Assembly: GCA_043747375.1 (NCBI GenBank)
Contig: JAYTPG010000058.1
Coordinates: 1-44,773 of the forward strand
DNA length: 44,773 bases
Source: Candidatus Kaiserbacteria bacterium
Lineage (GTDB): Bacteria; Patescibacteriota; Minisyncoccia; Phycocordibacterales; UBA2100
Direction of reading: 5' to 3'
Within the stretch, counting starts at the first letter, position 1. Each line of letters begins with the position of its first letter. Shown here piece by piece: positions 34,501-41,775 of this stretch. The position numbers and the translations under genes were made by a program. Below the pieces are notes generated by a model. The model did not search any database, was not told the origin of the DNA, and saw only the letters and a program-made list of their open reading frames with translations.

Positions 34501-36990
34501 TTTGTTTCAAAACGCATGTCAGCACCAGAGATGGCCGCTTCGGGGGCTAAGAATCAGGAGTTTGCAAACATCTCTTCTGGCGACTTTGCGGTGCGCGGAG
34601 TTACTGCAACGTCACCAGTTACCACTGATACACAAACACGGCAGGAGTTTATATTAAATGGGGAAAAAGCCCCCTCCGTTCAAGAGACTGATTCTAGAAA
34701 CGAAGTTGCAAATCTTGCGGCAGGAGAGACGCAAGGCAATAATCAAAATCCCGCGGCCGCCACGGGAGTGCCGTTTGCGCAAAAAAATGTTGCTTTAATG
34801 CCTCACACATACAGATATGATTCGAATACGGGAGAAATTATAGAGACCACCAATCCGCTCACGCTTTCAGAGGGCAAGCCAGTTAATTTTTCCAATGCTG
34901 AGCCGCCCACAGTGAATACTGTAAAACCCGGCTATTATGTTAAGGGTCCCCTCTGGCAATTCTCAGGACAAGATCAGATATTCGTCGGATCAACTCCAGA
35001 AATAGACTCTCCCGCAGGTCCGTCAGGAAGCCCTAGTGGTCCGGCGGCTTTCGGTAATTTGCCCGCAGTGCCTGTCGGGCAAGTAGAAATGTCTTCACTG
35101 GAACCGATTAATAGCCCACTTGGCAACAGCAATGCGATTGCAGAGTACCCGTCGCCATACCAGCTTAATAAGCCCGCCATACTTCAGGGCGGGAATGTCA
35201 ACGTAGCGCAAAATGGCGGCACAGGGCAATCTTTGACTGATTTCGGCGGTGCGCCCGATTGGTCGCGAAGATCGTTTGGGCCAAACCTTTCGGCCTCAGC
35301 TGAATCGCCAAAAGGTCCGGATGGTTTGCAGAATTTTAATGTTGCCCAAGAAGCTCCAATGCTTGCATATAATCGAGCGCGTGGGGCGATTCTAGAGGGG
35401 GACGCCACCCAAAACGGGGGAACATCGAATGGTGCTTACCGATTGGATTATGTTGCTTCAGAAAGCCAGTTTGCTAAATCGGCTTTTGGACCCAGCCTCG
35501 CTGTGGCCTTCCAGCCTGCTTCACAGCCTCTACCGAGTGACGTCTTGAGAGGCGATCGGATCGGACCAGATGCAAATGGTTTTGTTTCTGCTCAGAAAAG
35601 TGTTGGACCGGCGGGCCTGCCCGTTAACGGGCAATTTGGCTCACAGCTTCCAAGCCAGCAAGTCGCCGGAACTCCACGAGTGGCAGCCGGTAATTTTAAC
35701 GGGACATATTTGATTGCGGCAGATCGATCATTAAGTGACCCTTCTACACTCGAGAGACGACTCTCTTTTGTTGACGCAAATAAATTTTCTGCTCCCGATA
35801 GTGCGCCGAATTCTGTCGTAGCAAATCGGGATGCTGCACCACTCTGGAAACTTGGCTCATTTACTTCGCCGATTGGTGGGATGGCTGTCGATGTCCCACG
35901 TACGCCTGGTCTCACAGGCTCGCAGAGCGGAGAAGCCGTGCGAATTGGCTCCGCTCAAAACGGAGGCTCGGTGAATGGGTACATTGCGCAGGCGGTGAAT
36001 CAGCAGGGATTCACATCTGAGACCCATCCCGCATTGCCAGTCTTTAATCCCGCCGCAGGCGTCGCTGTTGCGAATGCACGGCCTGAGGGAACATCTCAAG
36101 ATTCATTCCAGCCCGCAAATAGTCCAGAAACAAAGGTGGCACAGCTCCCAGAAATTACTGTGGTGCAAGCTCAGTCTACGCAAACACAACATGCGCCAGC
36201 GGTATTTGCGAATCCACAGAATCCTGGGGCAAATGTTGTTGGCTTGGACAGAAACATACGACCAGCAGCTATTCCTGCGATTCTCGACGCGTCGAAAAAT
36301 CCTGCACCAGTTCACGTTGCGGCAAATATTCCTCCGCGAACTCCTCCTAGCACCGTACAAGCGAGCATGTTTGGCAATATGAATTTTGGTTCGCTCTTGA
36401 GTGGATTAACCGGAGCGCTTTCAAGCCTTTTTGGCTCCGGAAGCAAGAGTGCTTCGCCGTCGCAACCCGCCGCCCCGAAAGGGAAGCCGATTATTTCAGT
36501 CGTCGTAAATCCGTCGGTTGTTGAAAAAGGGAAAGGAACGACGCTCGCATGGGGAGGGGTAAATTGGAGTGATGAAGCTTCTACCAGGTGCGGCATCTTT
36601 GGACCAAACGGAAAAATATTTGAAGGAGGCATAAATGGGAAGACGACCACTTCGCCACTGACCCACACGAGTGAATTTGCCATTGCGTGTGTGGGCTTGA
36701 AGGCGCACGACAGCGCACTGCAAAGAATTGTTGTGCAAGTTTCGGGGGATTCAGGTGTTCCAACAAAAGCGGTAATCTCAGGGCAATTCTCCGGAGCGCA
36801 AGACAGCACAGGAATTAGCGCTGCAACGAACGGAACTGCGCAGAATACTTCTCCTCAGCAGACAGGATCCGTTTCTACGGGAGGCGTTACTCCTATTCCG
36901 CAAAGCCCAAACGAATCATGCAATCCTAATTCACCAAATTTCGTTGCATGTTTGGAGGCGCAGATGTCGCCGTCAGACAAGTTGTATTAA
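31594..36990 (+). CDS. 1798-aa secreted giant protein: Cys-rich N-module, Gly-rich tract, low-complexity N/Q/S/P/G regions, SLT-like motif, C-terminal Ig-like module
   Basis: Uninterrupted ORF. Signal-like IIFVLSFAIFFLGAPTSFVFA. AAQESNWNPNNSTGSFEGIGQL at nt 33751-33816. C-terminal KPIISVVVNPSVVEKGKGTTLAWGG...CG...FAIACVG at ~36484-36750. Confidence 0.85.
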   Translation: MRMSQGTFRNLSKIIFVLSFAIFFLGAPTSFVFAGSGNAACVGGDYSCEYPAKKQPNINSSATVQCMQKKPCQDTAAGAITNGFCKSDGVCSAETTALKDDKQQKIQQVSKDALDGATPKTQGRLGDSPSTDAEPGSPLNNGTTQSTVDLKGDYNPPPESTANNFPKAGSSPDVTADPGPNTPLKPGTGETTIEKAVDGNPSKGFSRWANLVGDIFSMPIFGGGGSGFGGGSMDGGFFGDSSGGLGGGSFYSGTTGFTSGGGVPVGQSGQLPGYGKAGADSFVTGPCLNGSCIAKNGIPAGVAQNPVVPQQSSIASLMEQGKQAIANGFPSFPQNAFESFKIPEIAQLSNQGNSSAFLTDVPGTSLSFPQSDVFGNTVLAENGLVQSDASLIPRTGDGGDISQKAADYNAGIDKINQDVAATRKEFLASHPGCNASDACVQELYRKISEVQNKGFSDPNLGDPLSTVVDEANKQNIHDSAAQAGRSSSEYLLSKYGVTPAQVQQGVTETGSIGPRSENTNPVPGITVSTENPTGQSAPGAVSADQFNVTAENQPTIFEAAQKTAGDGFQSLKENASNAFENVKSGVRYAYNEYTPFGSPTANGNQIANDANISPSILDANVGNSPLAPGSLFTESDLQAARGADQILGRTSQGGSTLSESPQNPNFSAEPKLTDVAGIQVDKALTGKEITGSSFAEASGIICKDRGCDAGFTAKALGGSAAQESNWNPNNSTGSFEGIGQLNDSETGRATRSLEKLAAAPNYLTEQDRNTVLGVVDDIKASEAAGKNPNNDPRLGAWLMTARQADLSGLGKNVSGIDAANEFAAGDAKTGAAVIQLGQLAPSALTGPDGFDPDRALTSNERWALRVNSLPSISNGDTVGDAISKIENSPIYSKHFDQGIAWTTAYAPDTSAVPENIASSIDRSGSSLNGSRAASIPSDIANTPWNSEAPIVAYDPSLSPNEVQANGAEEFVSKRMSAPEMAASGAKNQEFANISSGDFAVRGVTATSPVTTDTQTRQEFILNGEKAPSVQETDSRNEVANLAAGETQGNNQNPAAATGVPFAQKNVALMPHTYRYDSNTGEIIETTNPLTLSEGKPVNFSNAEPPTVNTVKPGYYVKGPLWQFSGQDQIFVGSTPEIDSPAGPSGSPSGPAAFGNLPAVPVGQVEMSSLEPINSPLGNSNAIAEYPSPYQLNKPAILQGGNVNVAQNGGTGQSLTDFGGAPDWSRRSFGPNLSASAESPKGPDGLQNFNVAQEAPMLAYNRARGAILEGDATQNGGTSNGAYRLDYVASESQFAKSAFGPSLAVAFQPASQPLPSDVLRGDRIGPDANGFVSAQKSVGPAGLPVNGQFGSQLPSQQVAGTPRVAAGNFNGTYLIAADRSLSDPSTLERRLSFVDANKFSAPDSAPNSVVANRDAAPLWKLGSFTSPIGGMAVDVPRTPGLTGSQSGEAVRIGSAQNGGSVNGYIAQAVNQQGFTSETHPALPVFNPAAGVAVANARPEGTSQDSFQPANSPETKVAQLPEITVVQAQSTQTQHAPAVFANPQNPGANVVGLDRNIRPAAIPAILDASKNPAPVHVAANIPPRTPPSTVQASMFGNMNFGSLLSGLTGALSSLFGSGSKSASPSQPAAPKGKPIISVVVNPSVVEKGKGTTLAWGGVNWSDEASTRCGIFGPNGKIFEGGINGKTTTSPLTHTSEFAIACVGLKAHDSALQRIVVQVSGDSGVPTKAVISGQFSGAQDSTGISAATNGTAQNTSPQQTGSVSTGGVTPIPQSPNESCNPNSPNFVACLEAQMSPSDKLY

Positions 36991-37046
36991 TACTTGCGCA
37001 TCATACCTGCGTGATATAGTAGATTTGTTATTCTAAAAAAATTCAT

Positions 37047-37595
37047 ATGATTTTTTTACTTATTGTGGGAGCCGTAATTGCCTGGGCAATATACGCGTAC
37101 AATCGCTTCGTCACGCTCGCGACACAAATTAAAGAAGCGTGGTCAGATATAGATGTGCAGCTTAAGCGCCGTTATGACCTCATTCCAAATCTTGTTGAAA
37201 CCGTAAAGGGGTACGCGGAGCACGAGGCGGGGACACTGGAGAAGGTGACCGAAATGCGGACGCGCGCAATGAATGCGACCGTGCCAGCGGAGAAAGCAGA
37301 GGCAGAGAACCTGCTTTCAGGTGCACTCAAGTCGCTCTTTGCGGTTTCCGAGAATTACCCGAATTTGAAGGCGAATGAAAACTTCTTGGAATTGCAACGT
37401 GAGCTTTCCGACACGGAAAACAAGCTTCAGGCCGCGCGTCGCTTCTACAATTCAGTCGTTAAAGAACTGAATGCGGCCGTACAAATGTTCCCAGGAAATT
37501 TGATCGCAGGCTGGGGTGGATTCAAAATGGAAACGTTCTTTACGCTTGCCGAAAATGAATCTGCTGCAAAAGAACCAGTGCAAGTGAAATTCTAA
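37047..37595 (+). CDS. lemA: LemA family protein
   Basis: N-terminal TM helix. YNRFVTLATQIKEAWSDIDVQLKRRYDLIPNLVETVKGYAEHE and ...ENKLQAARRFYN. Confidence 0.9.
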   Translation: MIFLLIVGAVIAWAIYAYNRFVTLATQIKEAWSDIDVQLKRRYDLIPNLVETVKGYAEHEAGTLEKVTEMRTRAMNATVPAEKAEAENLLSGALKSLFAVSENYPNLKANENFLELQRELSDTENKLQAARRFYNSVVKELNAAVQMFPGNLIAGWGGFKMETFFTLAENESAAKEPVQVKF

Positions 37596-37597
37596 AT

Positions 37598-38134
37598 ATG
37601 GTTGAGAGTGGGGAAAGACCAAATAAGAAACCCCACGGAATTGCTGAGCTGGCACGTGCTGCGGTTGCAGCTACAATGCTTAGCGCGGCTGGTCCCGTGG
37701 AGATTGTTCACGCAAAAGGAGATGCCGCATTTGAACAAAGTGATAAGATGTTGCAAAACGGTAAAGGTTTAGAGCTGCGCATGTCCGAATCAGCTCAAAA
37801 GGAAAGCCAAAAACTCACCGCTTTTATTCACGATTTTTTTGAAGAGAAATCTCCGCAGAGAGATGTTTTTTCTCTAATCGCAAACAGTTTGCCCGACGCT
37901 GATTTGAAGGTCTTTCTAGCTGCGGTCGTCAAAGTGGCTCACAGACGCATATTTGCGGGCGGGTCTGGTGTCGGGTTCATTACCTCAACAGTGGAGTTTC
38001 AGAGTGCCGTTTATAGTGAGATGAGTAGAAATGCCGATCACGAGCTGTCGATATCGCAAATCGCTTCTATGACGGGACCGCTATCACGTGGAGCGGATCA
38101 CTGGATTCATAATCAGGAACATCAACCGAAATGA
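37598..38134 (+). CDS. Hypothetical protein
   Basis: ATG lies 3 nt after the lemA stop. 178 aa with a signal/TM-like AAVAATMLSAAGP. No motif recognised. Confidence 0.5.
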   Translation: MVESGERPNKKPHGIAELARAAVAATMLSAAGPVEIVHAKGDAAFEQSDKMLQNGKGLELRMSESAQKESQKLTAFIHDFFEEKSPQRDVFSLIANSLPDADLKVFLAAVVKVAHRRIFAGGSGVGFITSTVEFQSAVYSEMSRNADHELSISQIASMTGPLSRGADHWIHNQEHQPK

Positions 38135-38150
38135 CGGGGCGTCCAGTTAC

Positions 38151-38178
38151 TTGTAAATATTAATATTCGTGATATAAT
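38151..38178 (+). promoter_or_regulatory. Promoter TTGTAA-16-(TGa)TATAAT of the 81-aa gene
   Basis: -35 at 38151-38156, extended -10 at 38170-38178. Confidence 0.55.
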
Positions 38179-38220
38179 ATATTCGTCGTAGTAGCAACAT
38201 ATAGATTAGAGGAGGCGCAG

Positions 38221-38466
38221 ATGCGCTTTGTTATTGTTTCTGCAATGGTTCTCAATGCAGCTACTCTGCCGACTTTGGCCGATCACGCGATCGAACCAAA
38301 AGTCGCCATTGTGCGGCAAGCAGAAGCTAAACCCGACATCGTCCGCAAGGAAAATTCGGAGCAATGCAAAAATGTCGTTATGAATCTCTACGATCCAAAC
38401 GGCAAATGGGCAGGGCTCAAGGTGACCTTCGGTTGCCTGAGTGAAAGCGGCGATTACCAAAACTAG
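38221..38466 (+). CDS. 81-aa secreted small protein (two Cys)
   Basis: GGAGG Shine-Dalgarno 6 nt upstream. Signal peptide MRFVIVSAMVLNAATLPTLADHA. Has its own terminator. Confidence 0.55.
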   Translation: MRFVIVSAMVLNAATLPTLADHAIEPKVAIVRQAEAKPDIVRKENSEQCKNVVMNLYDPNGKWAGLKVTFGCLSESGDYQN

Positions 38467-38490
38467 TGTCGACCGAGAGGGGAACACGAC

Positions 38491-38527
38491 GCGACGGACA
38501 AATTAATGTCCGTCGCCTTCTTTTTTA
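38491..38527 (+). terminator. Intrinsic terminator
   Basis: GCGACGGACA-aattaa-TGTCCGTCGC followed by cttcTTTTTT. Confidence 0.85.
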
Positions 38528-38602
38528 TATCCGATTTGCGAGTTTTGATTTTGCACCGAGAGCGGCGTCTATAATCTTAAGGTTTTCCATACTTATACGT
38601 TC

Positions 38603-38611
38603 TGATAGTAT
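38603..38611 (+). promoter_or_regulatory. Extended -10 TGaTAGTAT, 6 nt before ATG 38618 (leaderless-type)
   Basis: tcTGaTAGTATatccctATG. A second candidate, TTGATT-19-TATAAT, lies at 38545-38575. Confidence 0.45.
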
Positions 38612-38617
38612 ATCCCT

Positions 38618-39514
38618 ATGGCTTCACTTTATACACAAGAACGGAAAAACGTAGCGCGAACGTGGCTTCTTATGGGGGTATTTCTCATCCTCGTCATTTT
38701 GATCGGCTGGGGCGCGTCATACTATTTCAACAATCAAGGTATTTTGTACGTGGCGATTGGATTCAGCCTTCTGACGAACGTTGGCGCGTATTGGTTTTCC
38801 GACAAGATCGCGATTTCTTCTGTTGGCGCGGTTCCCGCTGACGAAAATCAGTATAAGGAACTGCATAGAATTGTAGAAAATTTAGCTATCACCGCGGGGC
38901 TACCAAAACCCAAAGTCTATATTATAGAAGATGCCGCACCAAATGCCTTTGCAACAGGGAGAGATAAAAATCACGCGGTGGTTGCCGTCACTACCGGCCT
39001 CCTCGGCATGATGAATCGCAGCGAACTCGAAGGTGTACTGGCACACGAACTTTCGCATGTAGGAAATCGAGACATTTTAGTGATGACCGTCGCTGTTGTG
39101 CTTGTGGGCTTTATCTCCGCCCTGGCAGACTTTTTCATTCGCATTAGCTACTTTGGTGGGGGAGATAGAGACAAAAACGCTGGACCCCTCATCTTGATTG
39201 CCGTCGTTTTGTCGGCGATTTTGGCGCCAATCGCAGCTCAACTTATTCAACTCGCCATTTCGCGAAAACGAGAATTTCTCGCAGACGCCGACGGCGCGCT
39301 TCTCACTAGGTACCCCGAAGGTCTTGCCTCGGCTCTCGTAAAAATCGGTGGTTATGCGAAGCCAATGGAAAACGCATCGGCCACTACTGCGCACCTCTTC
39401 ATTTCAAATCCTTTTGGCATGCACCCAGCCGCCGCCTGGTTTCAAAAACTCTTCTCTACACACCCTCCGATTGAAGAGCGCATCGCTATTTTGCGAGACA
39501 TGAAATCGGTATGA
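38618..39514 (+). CDS. htpX: Zinc metalloprotease HtpX (M48)
   Basis: HELSHVGNRD HExxH motif, four TM segments, EFLADADGA downstream Glu motif. Confidence 0.9.
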   Translation: MASLYTQERKNVARTWLLMGVFLILVILIGWGASYYFNNQGILYVAIGFSLLTNVGAYWFSDKIAISSVGAVPADENQYKELHRIVENLAITAGLPKPKVYIIEDAAPNAFATGRDKNHAVVAVTTGLLGMMNRSELEGVLAHELSHVGNRDILVMTVAVVLVGFISALADFFIRISYFGGGDRDKNAGPLILIAVVLSAILAPIAAQLIQLAISRKREFLADADGALLTRYPEGLASALVKIGGYAKPMENASATTAHLFISNPFGMHPAAAWFQKLFSTHPPIEERIAILRDMKSV

Positions 39515-39897
39515 ACGAAAGAGTTTTGGAGCAAACAAAAAATCTTGATCCGGTTATTTCCGCGCAAGATTTTGCTCTGACTCCTGAATCAACAAATAAC
39601 TTTTTTCTACACTTCATTCCGAACGAATTTGGCGAAATGTACAGATCAAAAAAATATTATCAAAGATTCGCTGCAGAAAATAAAGACCTGCATCAGAATC
39701 TATTGAAAATATTTGAGGATTTTCCAGCCCCAATCGTTCTGGGCGGCACTGCGGGATTTGCTTTGTCGGATATAGAAACGGTTCGCAAAAATGCTGCCGC
39801 GAGAGTTGATTTCTTCAGCAAACATAAATCGGAGCTCTACAAAGCGTATCTGGCGATGAGGCGGTTTGTGACGAGCGATGTAGAGATTTTTAGATAA
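39511..39897 (+). CDS. Hypothetical protein
   Basis: ATGA overlap with the htpX stop. 128 aa. No motif recognised. Confidence 0.5.
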   Translation: MNERVLEQTKNLDPVISAQDFALTPESTNNFFLHFIPNEFGEMYRSKKYYQRFAAENKDLHQNLLKIFEDFPAPIVLGGTAGFALSDIETVRKNAAARVDFFSKHKSELYKAYLAMRRFVTSDVEIFR

Positions 39898-39990
39898 GTG
39901 CAAGGAACTTTCTCCGCGCGTATTCTTTCCCCGGGTCGCATTCATGGTTCAGGGGTCCGCGAGGACGGCTAATGCGCAAGTGGTCTCGAT

Positions 39991-40019
39991 TTGTTCAAAG
40001 AATCAAGTTCGCGTAGAAT
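39991..40019 (+). promoter_or_regulatory. Candidate tRNA promoter TTGTTC-17-TAGAAT
   Basis: -35 at 39991-39996, -10 at 40014-40019, about 34 nt upstream of the tRNA 5' end. Confidence 0.4.
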
Positions 40020-40052
40020 CTGTGAGTACAAATTGCAATTACTTCATAGAGC

Positions 40053-40137
40053 GGAGGCGTCGCATAGTGGTCTAGTGCGCTCGCTTGGAAAGCGAGTGTG
40101 CCGAAAGGCACCGTGAGTTCGAATCTCACCGCCTCCG
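40053..40137 (+). tRNA. tRNA-Ser (anticodon GGA), long variable arm, no encoded CCA
   Basis: Acceptor GGAGGCG/CGCCTCC. D-arm GCA-TAGTGGTCTAG-TGC. Anticodon arm CTCGC-TTGGAAA-GCGAG. Variable arm TGTGCCGAAAGGCACC. T-arm GTGAG-TTCGAAT-CTCAC. Discriminator G. Confidence 0.95.
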
Positions 40138-40293
40138 CTCTGTGTGGAAGAAAGCACTCGCCCTGGAAATGCTTTCGACACTGATCCAGCACCCACCTCA
40201 GATTTCTTAATTTTTTAAGTTGACTCTTCAGAAGGATCATCTACACTTGGGCACATTAGTTAGTAGTATATTCGTCACACTATTTCATTATTT

Positions 40294-40722
40294 ATGGACA
40301 TGAAAAACGGGGCCTCTGGAGCATTCAATGGTTTTAAGCAATTTATTCTTCGAGGTAACGTAGTCGACCTCTCTGTCGGCGTCGTCATTGGTGCCGCGTT
40401 TGGCGCTGTTGTTAGTGCACTCGTAAAAGACCTCATTACCCCGCTCATCGCGGCTATTGTTACTGCGCCAGATTTTTCTGCACTTCAATTTACACTTAAT
40501 GGAAGTAAATTCATGTACGGAGATTTCCTCAATGCCTTGATCTCGTTTGTTATCGTTGCCGCCGCCGTCTATTTCTTTGTGGTCATGCCAGTCAATGCTC
40601 TCATGGCTGCTGCGCGACGTGAACCGCCAGCGGACCCAACTTCAAAGAAATGTCCTGAGTGCAAGAGTGAGATTCCAATAGATGCTCGACGATGTGCGCA
40701 CTGCACGCAGGCAGTCGCCTAG
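40294..40722 (+). CDS. mscL: Large-conductance mechanosensitive channel MscL with C-terminal zinc-ribbon extension
   Basis: FKQFILRGNVVDLSVGVVIGAAFGAVVSALVKDLITP. C-terminal KKCPECKSEIPIDARRCAHC. Confidence 0.9.
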   Translation: MDMKNGASGAFNGFKQFILRGNVVDLSVGVVIGAAFGAVVSALVKDLITPLIAAIVTAPDFSALQFTLNGSKFMYGDFLNALISFVIVAAAVYFFVVMPVNALMAAARREPPADPTSKKCPECKSEIPIDARRCAHCTQAVA

Positions 40723-40743
40723 TCAAATTTAGTTAGTCCGTCC

Positions 40744-40774
40744 AAAAAAGCCGCGCACCTCGCGCGGCTTTTTC
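40744..40774 (+). terminator. Intrinsic terminator of mscL
   Basis: aaaaaaGCCGCGC-acctc-GCGCGGC followed by TTTTTC. Confidence 0.8.
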
Positions 40775-40826
40775 ATTGTGCATAACACATTGGACGGGTT
40801 CTTTCGCGGGGGTATCATTGGGGGAC

Positions 40827-41291
40827 ATGGATTTTACTTTTATAGCGATTTTTGCTTCTGGGTTTTCTGCCGTTTTGCTCGCATACATTTGGTATCTGCC
40901 GTCCGTCTTTGGCGCTGCCTGGATGCGCATGAGCAACATTACGCCTGAGATGGCTGAGCGCGGAAAAAAAAGAATGCCATTGATGGTGCTTCTGGGACTT
41001 ATTTCTGCAATGCTCGTAGCGTACGTTATGAGTTATGTGAGTAGCGCATGGGGATTTTATGATTGGATTGGAGCGGTTGAGCTTGGCTTTTGGTGCTGGG
41101 CTGGATTTGTCGCGCCGACGATGCTCGGGATGGTTCTTTGGGAGCAGAAACCGTTTTCACTCTACTTGATAAATGTTATGTATTGGTTTCTCGCAATGCT
41201 CGTCATGGCACAGATCGTTGTTGCCGCCGCAGCGCTAAACCCGACCTATTCGAACGCAACACCTCTTGCTGGCACGTATGTCGGCGAGTAA
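40827..41291 (+). CDS. DUF1761-like membrane protein
   Basis: ATG 40827 is chosen because TTG 40776 abuts the mscL terminator. MDFTFIAIFASGFSAVLLAYIWYLPSVFGAAWMRM fits the DUF1761 N-terminal pattern. Confidence 0.6.
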   Translation: MDFTFIAIFASGFSAVLLAYIWYLPSVFGAAWMRMSNITPEMAERGKKRMPLMVLLGLISAMLVAYVMSYVSSAWGFYDWIGAVELGFWCWAGFVAPTMLGMVLWEQKPFSLYLINVMYWFLAMLVMAQIVVAAAALNPTYSNATPLAGTYVGE

Positions 41292-41739
41292 AAAAAATAT
41301 CCTTGCTTTTTCTGCTCTCGCCTTGATCCTCATGCTCGGAGGAATTGCATCTGTTTTTATCAATGACACCCGACGAACGATCTCCTCGGAAAAAGTAATC
41401 TCTGTTGCGGGGAGCGTGGTGTCGGTAACGATTGCTGACACTGCGCAAAAAAGAGAAGTTGGTCTCAGTGGTAGAACCGGGCTCGGAAGCAACGAGGGCA
41501 TGCTCTTTTCTTTTCCGACCCCCGGTATGTACGCCTTTTGGATGAAGGACATGCTGTTTCCTGTTGATATTATTTGGATTGCAAAAGACGGTAAGATAGG
41601 GACCATTTTCGAGCATGTTTCCCCGGCAACGTACCCCGAAGTCTTTAATCCTTTCAGGCCAGCGCAATTTGTTTTGGAGGTAAAAGAGGGATTCGTTCAT
41701 GAACACGAAATAATGCTTGGCGACACTGTGACCTTTTAG
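41278..41739 (+). CDS. DUF192 (COG1430) domain protein with signal/TM anchor
   Basis: GLSGRTGLGSNEGMLFSFPTPGMYAFWMKDMLFPVDIIWIAKDGKI. ATG 41278 is preferred over TTG 41266. Confidence 0.7.
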   Translation: MSASKKNILAFSALALILMLGGIASVFINDTRRTISSEKVISVAGSVVSVTIADTAQKREVGLSGRTGLGSNEGMLFSFPTPGMYAFWMKDMLFPVDIIWIAKDGKIGTIFEHVSPATYPEVFNPFRPAQFVLEVKEGFVHEHEIMLGDTVTF

Positions 41740-41775
41740 ATTTGCTAAAGCCCAATTTCGTGGGATAATAGCCGT

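Noticed and set aside
30400-40137. Genomic island integrated at tRNA-Ser (giant-protein locus bounded by the groEL terminator and the tRNA)
   Set aside because: No integrase or recombinase was found. No direct repeat of the tRNA 3' end was found near 30.4 kb or downstream of the tRNA. The island idea is unsupported by the sequence alone.
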